A DNA stretch of 38,530 nt from Candidatus Aminicenantes bacterium (GCA_016867585.1 VGJF01000003.1:1-38530), one strand, 5' to 3'; counted from the first letter of the stretch, positions 9,155 through 17,891 are shown. Numbers and translations are program-made. The notes: generated by a model from the sequence alone, not told the origin.

Positions 9155-10566
9155 GCGCCGGCGATTTCCCCGGCGGCCGACCGGATGACGTCCCAGGCCG
9201 TCCGGACATGCCGCTCCTCGGTCGTCCTCTGGCCGATGACCATCCGGAGAGTGAATTTTCCCCCAAGGACGGTATGGGTCAGGAAGACTTTGCCCGAGGC
9301 GTTGATCCGCTCCAGGAGGGCCGCGTTGGCGGCGTTGAGCGCCTCCTCGTTTCGCCGGCCGTCGTTCCAGCGGAAGCAGACCAGCCCGAAAGGCACGGGG
9401 GCGAGGAGTTCGAAATCCGGGGCCGCCTCGACCCAGCCCTTGAACAGCCGGGCCAGCCTCTGATGCTCCCGGACGAGGGCCCGCAGCCCTTCGACGCCGT
9501 AGGCGCGGATGACGAACCAGAGCTTCAGGGCCCGGAACCGGCGGCCGAGCTGGATCCCCCAATCGCGGTAGTTCTTGACGAACGGGTCGGCGCCGGTCTT
9601 CAGGTATTCGGGACGGATCTCGAAGGATCGGACCAGGGCGCCCGGGTCCTTGACGAAGTAGGCCGAGCAGTCGAAATTCGTCAGCATCCACTTGTGGGGA
9701 TTGAAGACGAACGAGTCCGCGAACTCGGCCCCGTCGAGGATCGAACGGTTTTCGGGGCAGAGGGCCGCCGTCCCGGCGTAAGCCGCGTCGACGTGGAGCC
9801 AGAGGCCGCGGCCGGAGGCGATCTCCCCGACGGCCCGGAGAGGGTCCACGGCCGAGGACGAAGTCGTTCCCAGCGTGGCCACGACGCAGGCGGGCTGAAA
9901 GCCAGCAGCGATATCGGCCGCGACCGCCGCCTCGATCTCGGCCGGGATGATGGCGAAGTCCGCGTCGGTCTTGATGAGGCGCAGGTTCTCCCGCCCGTAG
10001 CCGGCGATTTTGACGCCCTTCTCGATGCTGGAATGGGCCTCGGCCGAAGCGTAGACCACGAGCGGACGCCGGAGGCCGCGCTCATTGGATTCGAAACCCG
10101 TCGCCCTTTCGCGGGCCGAAATAAGGGCGCAAAGGGTGGCCGTCGAGGCCGTGTCCTGGATCGTCCCGCCGAATCCGGCGGGCAGGCCGAGCATCCGCCG
10201 CAGCCACTCGAGAACCAGGTCCTCGAGCTCGGCCGCGGCCGGAGATGTCCGCCAGATCATGGCCTGGGTCCCGAGGCCGGCGGTCAGCATCTCGGCCAAA
10301 ATGGAGGCGGGACTGTTGTTGGCCGGAAAATAGGCGTGCCAGCCGGGGTGCTGCCAGTGAGCGATCCCGGGCAGGATGATCTCCCGAAAATCGGCGAAGA
10401 TGCGGTCCATCGGCTCGGCCGTCTCGGGCGGATCTTCCGGAAGCCGGCTTCTGACTTCGCCCGGCTTGAGGGGGGATAGAACGGGAAAGCGTTCGATGTC
10501 CCGCAGATAGTCGGCGATCCAATCGACGAACTCGTGTCCGTAGCGGCGAAATGTCTCGATGTCCAA
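9151..10566 (-). CDS. PLP-dependent group II decarboxylase (aromatic-L-amino-acid decarboxylase-like)
   Basis: HWQHPGWHAYFP, SPAAAELE, HVDAAYAG, FNPHKW (PLP Lys), LGRRFRALKLWF. TTG start 10566 has a GGGAG SD 7 nt upstream and lies downstream of the promoter. Confidence 0.92.
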   Translation of the reverse strand: MDIETFRRYGHEFVDWIADYLRDIERFPVLSPLKPGEVRSRLPEDPPETAEPMDRIFADFREIILPGIAHWQHPGWHAYFPANNSPASILAEMLTAGLGTQAMIWRTSPAAAELEDLVLEWLRRMLGLPAGFGGTIQDTASTATLCALISARERATGFESNERGLRRPLVVYASAEAHSSIEKGVKIAGYGRENLRLIKTDADFAIIPAEIEAAVAADIAAGFQPACVVATLGTTSSSAVDPLRAVGEIASGRGLWLHVDAAYAGTAALCPENRSILDGAEFADSFVFNPHKWMLTNFDCSAYFVKDPGALVRSFEIRPEYLKTGADPFVKNYRDWGIQLGRRFRALKLWFVIRAYGVEGLRALVREHQRLARLFKGWVEAAPDFELLAPVPFGLVCFRWNDGRRNEEALNAANAALLERINASGKVFLTHTVLGGKFTLRMVIGQRTTEERHVRTAWDVIRSAAGEIAGA

Positions 10567-10594
10567 GGCTTTTCTCCCGTTTGAAGGTCCTTTC

Positions 10595-10623
10595 ATTCTA
10601 GTCCAAGGGTTGTTTCCGGTCAA
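10595..10623 (-). promoter_or_regulatory. Sigma70-type promoter for the decarboxylase
   Basis: TTGACC, 17-bp spacer, TAGAAT on the minus strand. Confidence 0.75.
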
Positions 10624-10751
10624 AAGTCGCTTTCTCGGGGCCGGATTTCGTCTTTTCGGACGGAAAACACGCCCAAACAGGCCTTGGTTGCGGGCCATGC
10701 CAGGCTCTTCGGCCGCGGCCGAAGAATTTTTCAAAAAAATGAAAAAAAATG

Positions 10752-10781
10752 TTGCCGAATTCTTTCCTTTCATGATATAAT
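10752..10781 (+). promoter_or_regulatory. Sigma70-type promoter with extended -10 and upstream A-tracts
   Basis: TTGCCG (10752-10757), 18-bp spacer, TGa-TATAAT (10776-10781); A-tracts at about 10733-10749. Confidence 0.55.
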
Positions 10782-10808
10782 AAAAAAAGTGGTTGGGGGG
10801 CCAGCAAA

Positions 10809-10833
10809 TAAGTTATTGAAAATAAATCACTTG
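10809..10833. promoter_or_regulatory. IHF-like binding site(s)
   Basis: TTTCAATAACTTA (-) and AATAAATCACTTG (+), each one mismatch from WATCAANNNNTTR, forming an imperfect palindrome. Confidence 0.5.
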
Positions 10834-10881
10834 TATTTTATTGCGTAATCCTTCCCCCAACGGACGCCTTTTGGCGGCGCA

Positions 10882-10910
10882 TGCAACTCTTTTCCCCGGC
10901 CGGACGTATA
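10882..10910 (+). promoter_or_regulatory. ECF-sigma-type promoter candidate
   Basis: TGCAAC (10882-10887), 17-bp spacer, CGTATA (10905-10910); resembles the AAC...CGT ECF consensus. Confidence 0.45.
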
Positions 10911-10913
10911 TAG

Positions 10914-11046
10914 AGATGAAATGAGAAACAGAGAAGCCGCCTCTCCTCCTCCTTCTTGGGAGTTCTCCATACATCTCCTTTTCATTTAATTCCCTTCCCT
11001 TCTCGAGCGGCCTTCCCGGATGAGCCGGGGAGGCCGTTCGTTTTTT
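10914..11046 (+). ncRNA. Candidate small RNA with multiple CU-rich anti-SD motifs (5' end uncertain)
   Basis: Promoter-like elements upstream, strong terminator downstream, no convincing ORF; CTCCTCCTCCTT, TTCTCCAT, ATCTCCTT, TCCCTTCCCTT within 60 nt. Confidence 0.5.
11005..11046 (+). terminator. Rho-independent terminator
   Basis: 15-bp stem GAGCGGCCTTCCCGG / CCGGGGAGGCCGTTC (two G-U pairs), 5-nt loop, then GTTTTTT. Confidence 0.85.
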
Positions 11047-11062
11047 AGCGGCCGACGACGGC

Positions 11063-11219
11063 CCTGACCCTCAACGCTTTTATGTTTTCCCCCAAACGCC
11101 CATGGCGCGGCCGCATCCTCCGGAGCGTAGCGGGACCCTCGTCAGGGTGGCGGAGCGAGGGGGAGGCGGCCGCGCCATCGATATTTCGGGCCTAATACGC
11201 AAAGTGTATTACGGTCAGG
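11063..11219. mobile_element. 157-bp MITE-like non-autonomous element
   Basis: Ends CCTGACC...GGTCAGG (perfect 7 bp, imperfect to about 20 bp); flanking direct repeat CGACGGC at 11056-11062 and 11220-11226; internal 13-bp perfect inverted repeat 11102-11114/11166-11178. Confidence 0.55.
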
Positions 11220-11230
11220 CGACGGCCGTA

Positions 11231-11259
11231 TTGACAGGGACGGCCGACTCCGGCAAAAT
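11231..11259 (+). promoter_or_regulatory. Sigma70-type promoter for riboswitch-btuB
   Basis: TTGACA (11231-11236), 17-bp spacer, CAAAAT (11254-11259). Confidence 0.7.
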
Positions 11260-11260
11260 A

Positions 11261-11420
11261 GCTTCTCTCGCGGGATCGGCCGGAGGGAAGTCCGTTTGAA
11301 ACGGACGCAGCCCCCGCTACTGTGATCGGGGACGATTCCCGGATGACGCCACGGCCCTCGAAACGAGGGCGGGAAGGCCCGGGAGGAGGACGATCCGAGA
11401 GCCAGGAAACCGCCGCCAGA
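11261..11420 (+). promoter_or_regulatory. Cobalamin riboswitch
   Basis: AGGGAA (11284), GCCCCCGCTACTGT (11310), GCCACGG (11348), GGGAAGG (11371), B12-box AGCCAGGAAACC (11400); TCTTC-GGGTG-GAAGA hairpin abuts the btuB SD. Boundaries approximate. Confidence 0.92.
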
Positions 11421-11458
11421 CCCCAGGGAACCCGTCTTCGGGTGGAAGAGGAGGTTTC

Positions 11459-13390
11459 ATGACCATTGCCGCCCTGCTAATCGCCTTCGGCCCGTTCCTC
11501 CAGTCGCCGGCGGAGGAGGCGAACCGAAAACAATCCCCGATCCGGCACGATGTCGTGATCACCGCGACGCGGATCGAAACGCCCGTCCGAGAGGTCGCCG
11601 CCGCGGTGACGCTGCTCACCCGGACCGACCTCGACCGGGCCCTCAGGACGAGCGTCTTCGACGCTTTGGAGAACGCCCCCGGCTTGACCCTTCTCAGGAA
11701 CGGCGGCCCGGGGGGAGTCTCCTCGGTTTTCATCCGGGGGATGAATTCGGAGCACGTCCTGGTGACCCTCGACGGCCTCCCTCTGAACGATCCGGTCAAT
11801 CCGTCCCGCTCGTTCGACTTCGCCCATCTCAGCCTCGCCGGGGTGGACCGGATCGAGGTCCTCCGCGGGCCTCAAAGCCCGCTCTACGGATCGGACGCCG
11901 TGGGCGGGGCGGTCAACATCCTGACCGCCCGCGGAGGCGGAAAACCCCGCCTGACGATGAGCGCCGCCGGCGGTTCCTACCGGACCTTCGACGGAAGCCT
12001 CGACGTCCAAGGCTCGGCCGGGGTCGTCCGATACGCCTTCGGACTGTCCGGCTCGGCGACTAGGGGGATTTCGGCGGCCGGCGCCTCCTATCCGGGAAAC
12101 GCGGAGAGCGACGGCGGCCGCGGCACGACCTTGACCGGACGCCTGGGGGCGACGCTCAAGAAGGGCGCCGAATTCGACCTTATCATCCGGGGGGTCTCGG
12201 CCAGGACCGACCTCGACAATTTCGGCGGCCCCTTCGGCGATGACCTGAACCATGTCCAGAAGCTCGCCGCCGGGCTCGTCCGGCTCCAGGCAAGATTCCT
12301 CCAAGCCGGCGGACGCTTGGAGCAGAAAATCGGCCTCTCGGCATTTAGGTCCGAGCGGACCTATGACAATCCCGCCGACCCCGACCACCCCGGGGAATCC
12401 GAAGGGGGGTCGTTTCAAGGCTCGCGGCTCCGCTTCGACTGGCAGAACAACCTCTTCCTCCACGCCGCCCAGACCCTGACCTTCGGCTTCGAGGCCGAAA
12501 AAGAGGCCGGCCGATCGGAATACCGCTACGAATCGGCCTGGGGCCCGGGCGAGAGCCTTTTCCCGGGCCGCGCCGCCGGCCGGACCGGCTTCTACCTCCA
12601 GGACCAGGTCCGGATCAAGGGACGCTTCTTCGCCGCCGTCGGCCTTCGTCTCGACCGCCACGAACGGTCGGGACTGGCTTTGACCTACCGTCTCGCCCCG
12701 GCTTACCTCATCGAGCGGACGGGGACAAAGCTCCGGGCGACGCTCGGGACGGCCTTCAAGGCCCCTTCGCTCTATCAGCTCTACGCCCCGGCGACCTCCT
12801 GGGGTCCGGTCGGCCACCCCGGCTTGAAAGCGGAGCGAAGCTTGGGGTGGGAGGCCGGGTTCGAGCAATCCCTCTGGGCCGGCCGCGTCGAGTTCGGCCT
12901 CGTCTATTTCCGAAACGACCTCGAAAACCTGATCGATTTCGATTTCGGCCAAGGGTACGTCAACGTCGGAAGGGCCCGGACGCGCGGCCTCGAAGCCTCG
13001 CTCGAGGCAAGGCCGGCCGACGGCCTGGAGGGGCGCCTGTCCTATGCCCAGCTCGAGGCCTGCGACGCGGAATCGAATACCCCCCTCCCGCGAAGGCCCA
13101 AGGATCGCTTCACGGCCGGCCTCCGGTGGGCGGCTGCCGACCGTTTCGAGGCCGGATTTTCCGCCGCCTACACGGGTCCGCGCCCCGACCGCGACTACGG
13201 CGCTTGGCCCGCCCGACCGGTGACCTTGGCCGGGTTCTGGCTTCTGGGGGCCGACGCCTCTTTCGCGGCCGGCGGGGGGACGCGCCTGTTCCTCCGGTTG
13301 GACAATATTCTCGGGGTCCGTTATGAAACAATCTTCGGATACGGCTCCCCCGGGCGCGTCGTCTACGGGGGGGTTCGCCTCAACCTCTGA
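11459..13390 (+). CDS. btuB: TonB-dependent cobalamin receptor
   Basis: TonB box DVVITATR, plug motifs SVFIRG and RIEVLRGPQSPLYGSDAVGGAVNI, FKAPSLYQLY; downstream of a B12 riboswitch. Confidence 0.9.
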   Translation: MTIAALLIAFGPFLQSPAEEANRKQSPIRHDVVITATRIETPVREVAAAVTLLTRTDLDRALRTSVFDALENAPGLTLLRNGGPGGVSSVFIRGMNSEHVLVTLDGLPLNDPVNPSRSFDFAHLSLAGVDRIEVLRGPQSPLYGSDAVGGAVNILTARGGGKPRLTMSAAGGSYRTFDGSLDVQGSAGVVRYAFGLSGSATRGISAAGASYPGNAESDGGRGTTLTGRLGATLKKGAEFDLIIRGVSARTDLDNFGGPFGDDLNHVQKLAAGLVRLQARFLQAGGRLEQKIGLSAFRSERTYDNPADPDHPGESEGGSFQGSRLRFDWQNNLFLHAAQTLTFGFEAEKEAGRSEYRYESAWGPGESLFPGRAAGRTGFYLQDQVRIKGRFFAAVGLRLDRHERSGLALTYRLAPAYLIERTGTKLRATLGTAFKAPSLYQLYAPATSWGPVGHPGLKAERSLGWEAGFEQSLWAGRVEFGLVYFRNDLENLIDFDFGQGYVNVGRARTRGLEASLEARPADGLEGRLSYAQLEACDAESNTPLPRRPKDRFTAGLRWAAADRFEAGFSAAYTGPRPDRDYGAWPARPVTLAGFWLLGADASFAAGGGTRLFLRLDNILGVRYETIFGYGSPGRVVYGGVRLNL

Positions 13391-13515
13391 CCGAAGGGCT
13401 GCCTTCACGCCGAGGCCTCACCGTCTCTACGGACGCCTGCCTCGGAGCGAACAGGGGGAGTCCTTGGAGCGCCCCGGCGTTCTCCCGCGGGAGCCGCGTC
13501 CGGGCCGTCTCCCCG

Positions 13516-13544
13516 TTGCATCTCCTTTCCGTTCGTCATAAAGT
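13516..13544 (+). promoter_or_regulatory. Sigma70-type promoter
   Basis: TTGCAT, 17-bp spacer, TAAAGT, followed by AAGGAGG SD. Confidence 0.6.
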
Positions 13545-13562
13545 AGAGAAAAGGAGGCCTCC

Positions 13563-14711
13563 ATGACGAGTTTATCGGGCCGGGACTTGGCCAACCTCGT
13601 GAAATCGGTCTTCCCGCGCTTCCCCGAAGACCGGGTTCTCGCCGTCCTCGTCGACGTCCCCCGCTCTCCGGCCGACGACAACCGGGAATGGAAGGCCCGT
13701 CGGAGCCTGGCCTTCGAGTGGTCCTCCGCCCTCAAGAAAAACCGTGCGGATGTCCCCCTCGAGGACATCCGCCTGTACGCCTACCCCGACGTCGGCTCAA
13801 ACAACGCCGACCTCCCGGCCGAGGCCTTTCTCATCGACGGCCCCGTGCCCGCCGAGGCCTCAGCCCTGCTCGGGGCCGGCTTTCCCGTATTGTTCGCCCG
13901 CGTCTTCGACGAGGCCCAGCTTTTTCTCGCCCCAACGGAATATTCGACGACCGCCCCCCTCAAGGTCGCGGCCAAGAAGCATGGCTTCCGGGCGGCGACC
14001 ATGCCGGGATTCTCGATGGCCATGATCCCGGCCCTCCAGGTCGATTACGCCGAGGTCGCCCGCCGGGTCGAAGCGATACGGTCCCGCCTCGACGAGGCCG
14101 CCGAGGCCGTCGTCCGTTTTCTCCTCGACGGAGGTCTCGAGTACCGGGTCCGTTTCGACCTGAGGTTCCGTTCCGCCCACGCCAGCTCGGGCCGGTTTCC
14201 GGACCGAGGAACGGCGGGAAACCTGCCCAGCGGCGAAGCCTACATCGTCCCTTACGAGGGCGAACGTGGCGAGCCGAGCCGGACCGAGGGCGTCCTGCCG
14301 GTCGAGGCCGGAGGCGAGGTCGTCCTCTTCCAAATCTCTGCCAACAAGGCCGTCCAGGTCTACGGGGAGGGGAAAGCGGCCGCGGCCGAGCGCGAGCGCC
14401 TCGCCCGGGAGCCGGCTTACGGAAACATGGCCGAACTCGGCTTCGGCGTCCTGGCCGATTTCGGCCTGGCTCCGGCCGGGGAGATCCTCCTCGACGAAAA
14501 ACTCGGCCTTCATGTCGCCTTCGGCCGGAGCGAGCACTTCGGCGGCGCGGTCGGCCCGAAAGATTTTTCCTCCCCGGCCGAGGTCGTCCATCTCGACCGG
14601 ATCTACATCCCCGCGGCTCAGCCGCGGATTTCCGTCCACTCGGTCGTCCTCTCTTATCCCGACGGCCGACGCGAAGAGGTCATGGACAACGGGGCCTACA
14701 CGATTTTTTGA
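13563..14711 (+). CDS. M29 (aminopeptidase T)-like metallopeptidase
   Basis: GNLPSGEAYIVP, AELGFG, LLDEKLGLHVAFGRSEHFGG, VHLD; AAGGAGG SD. Confidence 0.7.
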   Translation: MTSLSGRDLANLVKSVFPRFPEDRVLAVLVDVPRSPADDNREWKARRSLAFEWSSALKKNRADVPLEDIRLYAYPDVGSNNADLPAEAFLIDGPVPAEASALLGAGFPVLFARVFDEAQLFLAPTEYSTTAPLKVAAKKHGFRAATMPGFSMAMIPALQVDYAEVARRVEAIRSRLDEAAEAVVRFLLDGGLEYRVRFDLRFRSAHASSGRFPDRGTAGNLPSGEAYIVPYEGERGEPSRTEGVLPVEAGGEVVLFQISANKAVQVYGEGKAAAAERERLAREPAYGNMAELGFGVLADFGLAPAGEILLDEKLGLHVAFGRSEHFGGAVGPKDFSSPAEVVHLDRIYIPAAQPRISVHSVVLSYPDGRREEVMDNGAYTIF

Positions 14712-14741
14712 CGGGAAGAATCGGCGGCGGCGGCTTGGGTT

Positions 14742-15308
14742 TCAGGAGAGGTGGTCGAGGAGGATTTTTGCGGCGATGACGATGAGGACCGCGGCTCCGG
14801 CGAGCTCTGCCCGCTTCCCCGCCCAGCGCCCCAGGGCGGGCCCGATTCTCGTCCCGGCCGCGGTCAGGAGAAAGCAGATGGCCCCGATGACGGCCGCGGG
14901 ATAGACGACGGAGACCCTCAGGGCGGCCAGGCTCAAGCCCACGGCCAGGGCGTCCAGGCTCGTCGCCAAGGACAAGATGAGGAGGCGGCCGCCGCGGGTC
15001 AAGTCGGGGCAGGCCGAGGCCCCGCCATCTCCCTTTCCCCGGAACGCCCCGACCGCCATCCGGCCGGCGACGAAGACGAGGAGTCCGGCCGCGACCCAAT
15101 GGTCGAAGCTCGCGATGGCCCGGCTCACCGTCCGGCCCGCCGTCCAGCCGAGGAGAGGCATGAGGAACTGGAACAGCCCGAAGCTTCCGGCCATGCGGAG
15201 CGTCTGAAGGGGCGTGCATCCCCGCATGGCCAGGCTCGCCCCGACCGATACGGCGAAGGCATCCATGGCCAGGGCCAAGGCCAGGGCCAGGACCATCCCG
15301 AAGCTCAT
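14742..15308 (-). CDS. mntP: Manganese efflux pump MntP
   Basis: LAMDAFAVS, FGLFQFLMPLLGW, FDHWVA, ATSLDALAVG. Confidence 0.93.
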   Translation of the reverse strand: MSFGMVLALALALAMDAFAVSVGASLAMRGCTPLQTLRMAGSFGLFQFLMPLLGWTAGRTVSRAIASFDHWVAAGLLVFVAGRMAVGAFRGKGDGGASACPDLTRGGRLLILSLATSLDALAVGLSLAALRVSVVYPAAVIGAICFLLTAAGTRIGPALGRWAGKRAELAGAAVLIVIAAKILLDHLS

Positions 15309-16474
15309 CCCGGCCTCGCCAGATACTCCAGGGCCAGTCCGGCCAGGAGGGCGGCGGCCGAGGGGAGGGCCTTCTCGTCGAGGTCGAATCCGGGATGGTG
15401 GTGGGGAAAGCGCGTCCCGTCGCCCGCCCCGAAAAAGAGAAACGCGCCGGGGACTTCGCGGAGATAGTAGGCGAAGTCCTCTCCCCCCATCACCGGCCGA
15501 ATCGGGACGACGCTCTTGCCGCCGAACAGACGGGCGGCGACGGCCAGGGCGAAATCCGTCTCCGCCGCGTCGTTGACCAGGGGCGGGTACCCGTCCTCGT
15601 ATTCGACCTCGGCCTCGGCGCCGAAGGAGCCGGCCGTCGTCCGGGCGATCTCGACGAGACGCCTCTTCATGAGCGCCTGGACGTCCGGGTCGAACGTCCG
15701 GACGGTTCCGGAGAGCTCGACCGCGCCGGGGATGATGTTGTAGACCGTGCCGCCGCGGATCGTGCCGAAGGACAGGACGGCCGGCTGAAGAGGGTCGACG
15801 TTGCGGCTGACGACGCTCTGCAGGGCGGAGACGACGGCAGCCGCGGCCAAAATCGGGTCGACGGCCTGATGGGGCATCGAGGCATGGCCGCCTCGGCCGG
15901 CGACCGTGATCCGGAAATTGTCCGACTGGGCCATCATCGGGCCCCGGACCGCGCCGACCGTCCCCGTCGGCATCGGCTGCCAGAGATGGAGGCCGAAGAT
16001 CGCCTCCACCCCGTCGAGGGCCCCGGCCTCGATCATCGGCTTCGCCCCGCCGGGGGGAAGCTCTTCGGCCGGCTGGCAGAGGAAAACGACCCGTCCCCGG
16101 AAACGGTCCTTTCGGCGGGCGAGGGCTTCGGCGGCGGCCTGGAGGACGGCCATGTGCCCGTCGTGGCCGCAGGCGTGGCAGGCCCCGGGCGTCGTCGACG
16201 CGTATTCCTTGTCGCCCTCCTCGGCGAGAGGGAGGGCGTCGATGTCCGTGCGCAGGGCGACGGTCCGGCCGCCCGGCCGGCCGTCAAGCACGGCCCGAAG
16301 GCCGGTTCCGGCCATGGCCGCGACCGAGAGGCCCGTCTTCAGGAAGAAATCGCGCAAGGCGGCGGAGGTTGCGAATTCGTTGTGGGCCGTCTCCGGCCGG
16401 CGATGGAAATCCCGCCGCCGGCCGATGATCCGTCCGGCCATGGCCTCCATTTCGAGCCGAAGTTCCTCAAGCAT
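15305..16474 (-). CDS. M20D amidohydrolase (N-acyl-amino-acid/hippurate hydrolase family)
   Basis: LRTDIDALP, HACGHDGH, QPAEE, GRGGHASMPH, GGEDFAYY, HHHPGFD. Confidence 0.93.
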   Translation of the reverse strand: MLEELRLEMEAMAGRIIGRRRDFHRRPETAHNEFATSAALRDFFLKTGLSVAAMAGTGLRAVLDGRPGGRTVALRTDIDALPLAEEGDKEYASTTPGACHACGHDGHMAVLQAAAEALARRKDRFRGRVVFLCQPAEELPPGGAKPMIEAGALDGVEAIFGLHLWQPMPTGTVGAVRGPMMAQSDNFRITVAGRGGHASMPHQAVDPILAAAAVVSALQSVVSRNVDPLQPAVLSFGTIRGGTVYNIIPGAVELSGTVRTFDPDVQALMKRRLVEIARTTAGSFGAEAEVEYEDGYPPLVNDAAETDFALAVAARLFGGKSVVPIRPVMGGEDFAYYLREVPGAFLFFGAGDGTRFPHHHPGFDLDEKALPSAAALLAGLALEYLARPG

Positions 16475-17891
16475 GGGACAACCTCCGTTTCGACAGCAAG
16501 CTGACGCCGACCACGACGGCCGCGTTGGCGGCCAGGGCGATGAAGCCGGCGTTCAATCCCCAGAGCGGATCCCTCTTCCCGAAGACGAGGACGGCGGCGA
16601 CGGCAATCCCGGTCACGATCCCGGCGAACGCCCCGGCCTTGGTCGTCCGCTTCCAGACGAGGGCCAAGACGACGGCCGGGAAGAATTGGGAGACGCCGTC
16701 GTAGCCGATGAGGAGGAGGTTGACCAAGGCATTGGGGAAGACGAGGGCGAAGAGGAGGGCGGCGGCCATGACGACGAGGACCATGGCCCGGGACAACCGG
16801 AGGACGGCCCGCTCGCTCGCCCCCGGCCGAAATCCCGTCCGGTAGATGTTCTTGGCGATGAGGGCCGAAGCCGTCAGGACGAGAACCGAGGCGGGGACCA
16901 TGGCCGTCACCGCGCCGGCCGCCCCGACGAATCCCAGGAACCAGGCCGGATAGGTCCTCCGGACGAGAGCCAGGAAGGCCATGTCGCCGTTGGCTAGGCC
17001 CGGCAGGACAAGGAAGGCCGTGAACCCGACCCCGAGGACGAGAAGGATGGGAATCTGGTAGAAGGGCATGATCATCGCGTTCCGGCGGATGACCCGGTCG
17101 CTCTTGGCCGAGTAGGCCGAGGCGAACATGTGCGGCCACATGTAGAATCCCGCCCCGGTCAGGAGGACGGTCGACATGACCCAGGCGACGCCCATCGATT
17201 CCGTCGACCCGGGAAAGACGAGATGCCCGGGAGCGCGGGCGGCCAGGGCCTTGAACATCGCCCCCAAGCCGCCGAAATGGACGGCCGGGAGCCCGAAACC
17301 GACGATGCCCACGGCGGCGATCATCAGGACGTCCTTGATGACCGCCACCCAGGCGCTGCCCCGGAGGCCGCTCGTGAAGACGAAAACGCAGGTCAGGACG
17401 AATGCGGCCGGGATGGCCGTCCCGGCCCCGACGGCCCCGCCGCTTGAGACCTCGACGATGAGCCCCAATCCGGCCAATTGGAGCTGGAGGTAGGGGAGGA
17501 GAGAGGCCACGCCGACCAGGGCGACGAACACCCCCAAGGCCCGGCTCCCGAAGGTTTGGACGAAGAAATCGGGCTGGGTGTGGAGGCTGAACCGCTTGCC
17601 GCGCCGCCAGATCGCGGGAAGCAGAAAAAACGAGATCGTGTAGGCCAAGGCGCCGTAGATCATGATGTAGTACGTCGGGGCGCCCCGGGCATAGGCCCAG
17701 CCGCTCGCCCCGAGGAAGGTGAACGTCGTGTAGACCTCCCCGGCCATCAGGAACCACATGATCAGCAGGCCGAAGCGGCGTCCCCCGACCGTCCAGTTCT
17801 CGAAGTTCATGGGCAGCCGCCGGCCGGCCCAGATCCCGACGCCGGCGGCCGCGACGACGACGACGGCGATGATGGCCAGGGCCGGGGTCAT
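16467..17891 (-). CDS. Sodium:solute symporter (YhjB-like)
   Basis: WTVGGRRFG, AGEVYTTFTFLGASGWAY, PYLQLQL, SGLRGSAW; ATG 17891 overlaps the DUF3311 stop. Confidence 0.9.
   Translation of the reverse strand: MTPALAIIAVVVVAAAGVGIWAGRRLPMNFENWTVGGRRFGLLIMWFLMAGEVYTTFTFLGASGWAYARGAPTYYIMIYGALAYTISFFLLPAIWRRGKRFSLHTQPDFFVQTFGSRALGVFVALVGVASLLPYLQLQLAGLGLIVEVSSGGAVGAGTAIPAAFVLTCVFVFTSGLRGSAWVAVIKDVLMIAAVGIVGFGLPAVHFGGLGAMFKALAARAPGHLVFPGSTESMGVAWVMSTVLLTGAGFYMWPHMFASAYSAKSDRVIRRNAMIMPFYQIPILLVLGVGFTAFLVLPGLANGDMAFLALVRRTYPAWFLGFVGAAGAVTAMVPASVLVLTASALIAKNIYRTGFRPGASERAVLRLSRAMVLVVMAAALLFALVFPNALVNLLLIGYDGVSQFFPAVVLALVWKRTTKAGAFAGIVTGIAVAAVLVFGKRDPLWGLNAGFIALAANAAVVVGVSLLSKRRLSHA

Noticed and set aside
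10567-10773. N-terminal extension of the decarboxylase ORF
   Set aside because: It runs through the gene's own promoter; TTG 10566 has an SD and matches the family N-terminus.
10720-10860. AT-rich region as oriC, dif, tmRNA, 6S or SRP RNA
   Set aside because: No DnaA boxes, no XerC/D site, no tRNA-like ends or SRP loop motif seen.
10872-10885. TGGCGGCGCATGCA as a sigma54 promoter near the IHF-like site
   Set aside because: GG and GC are 8 nt apart, not the required 10.
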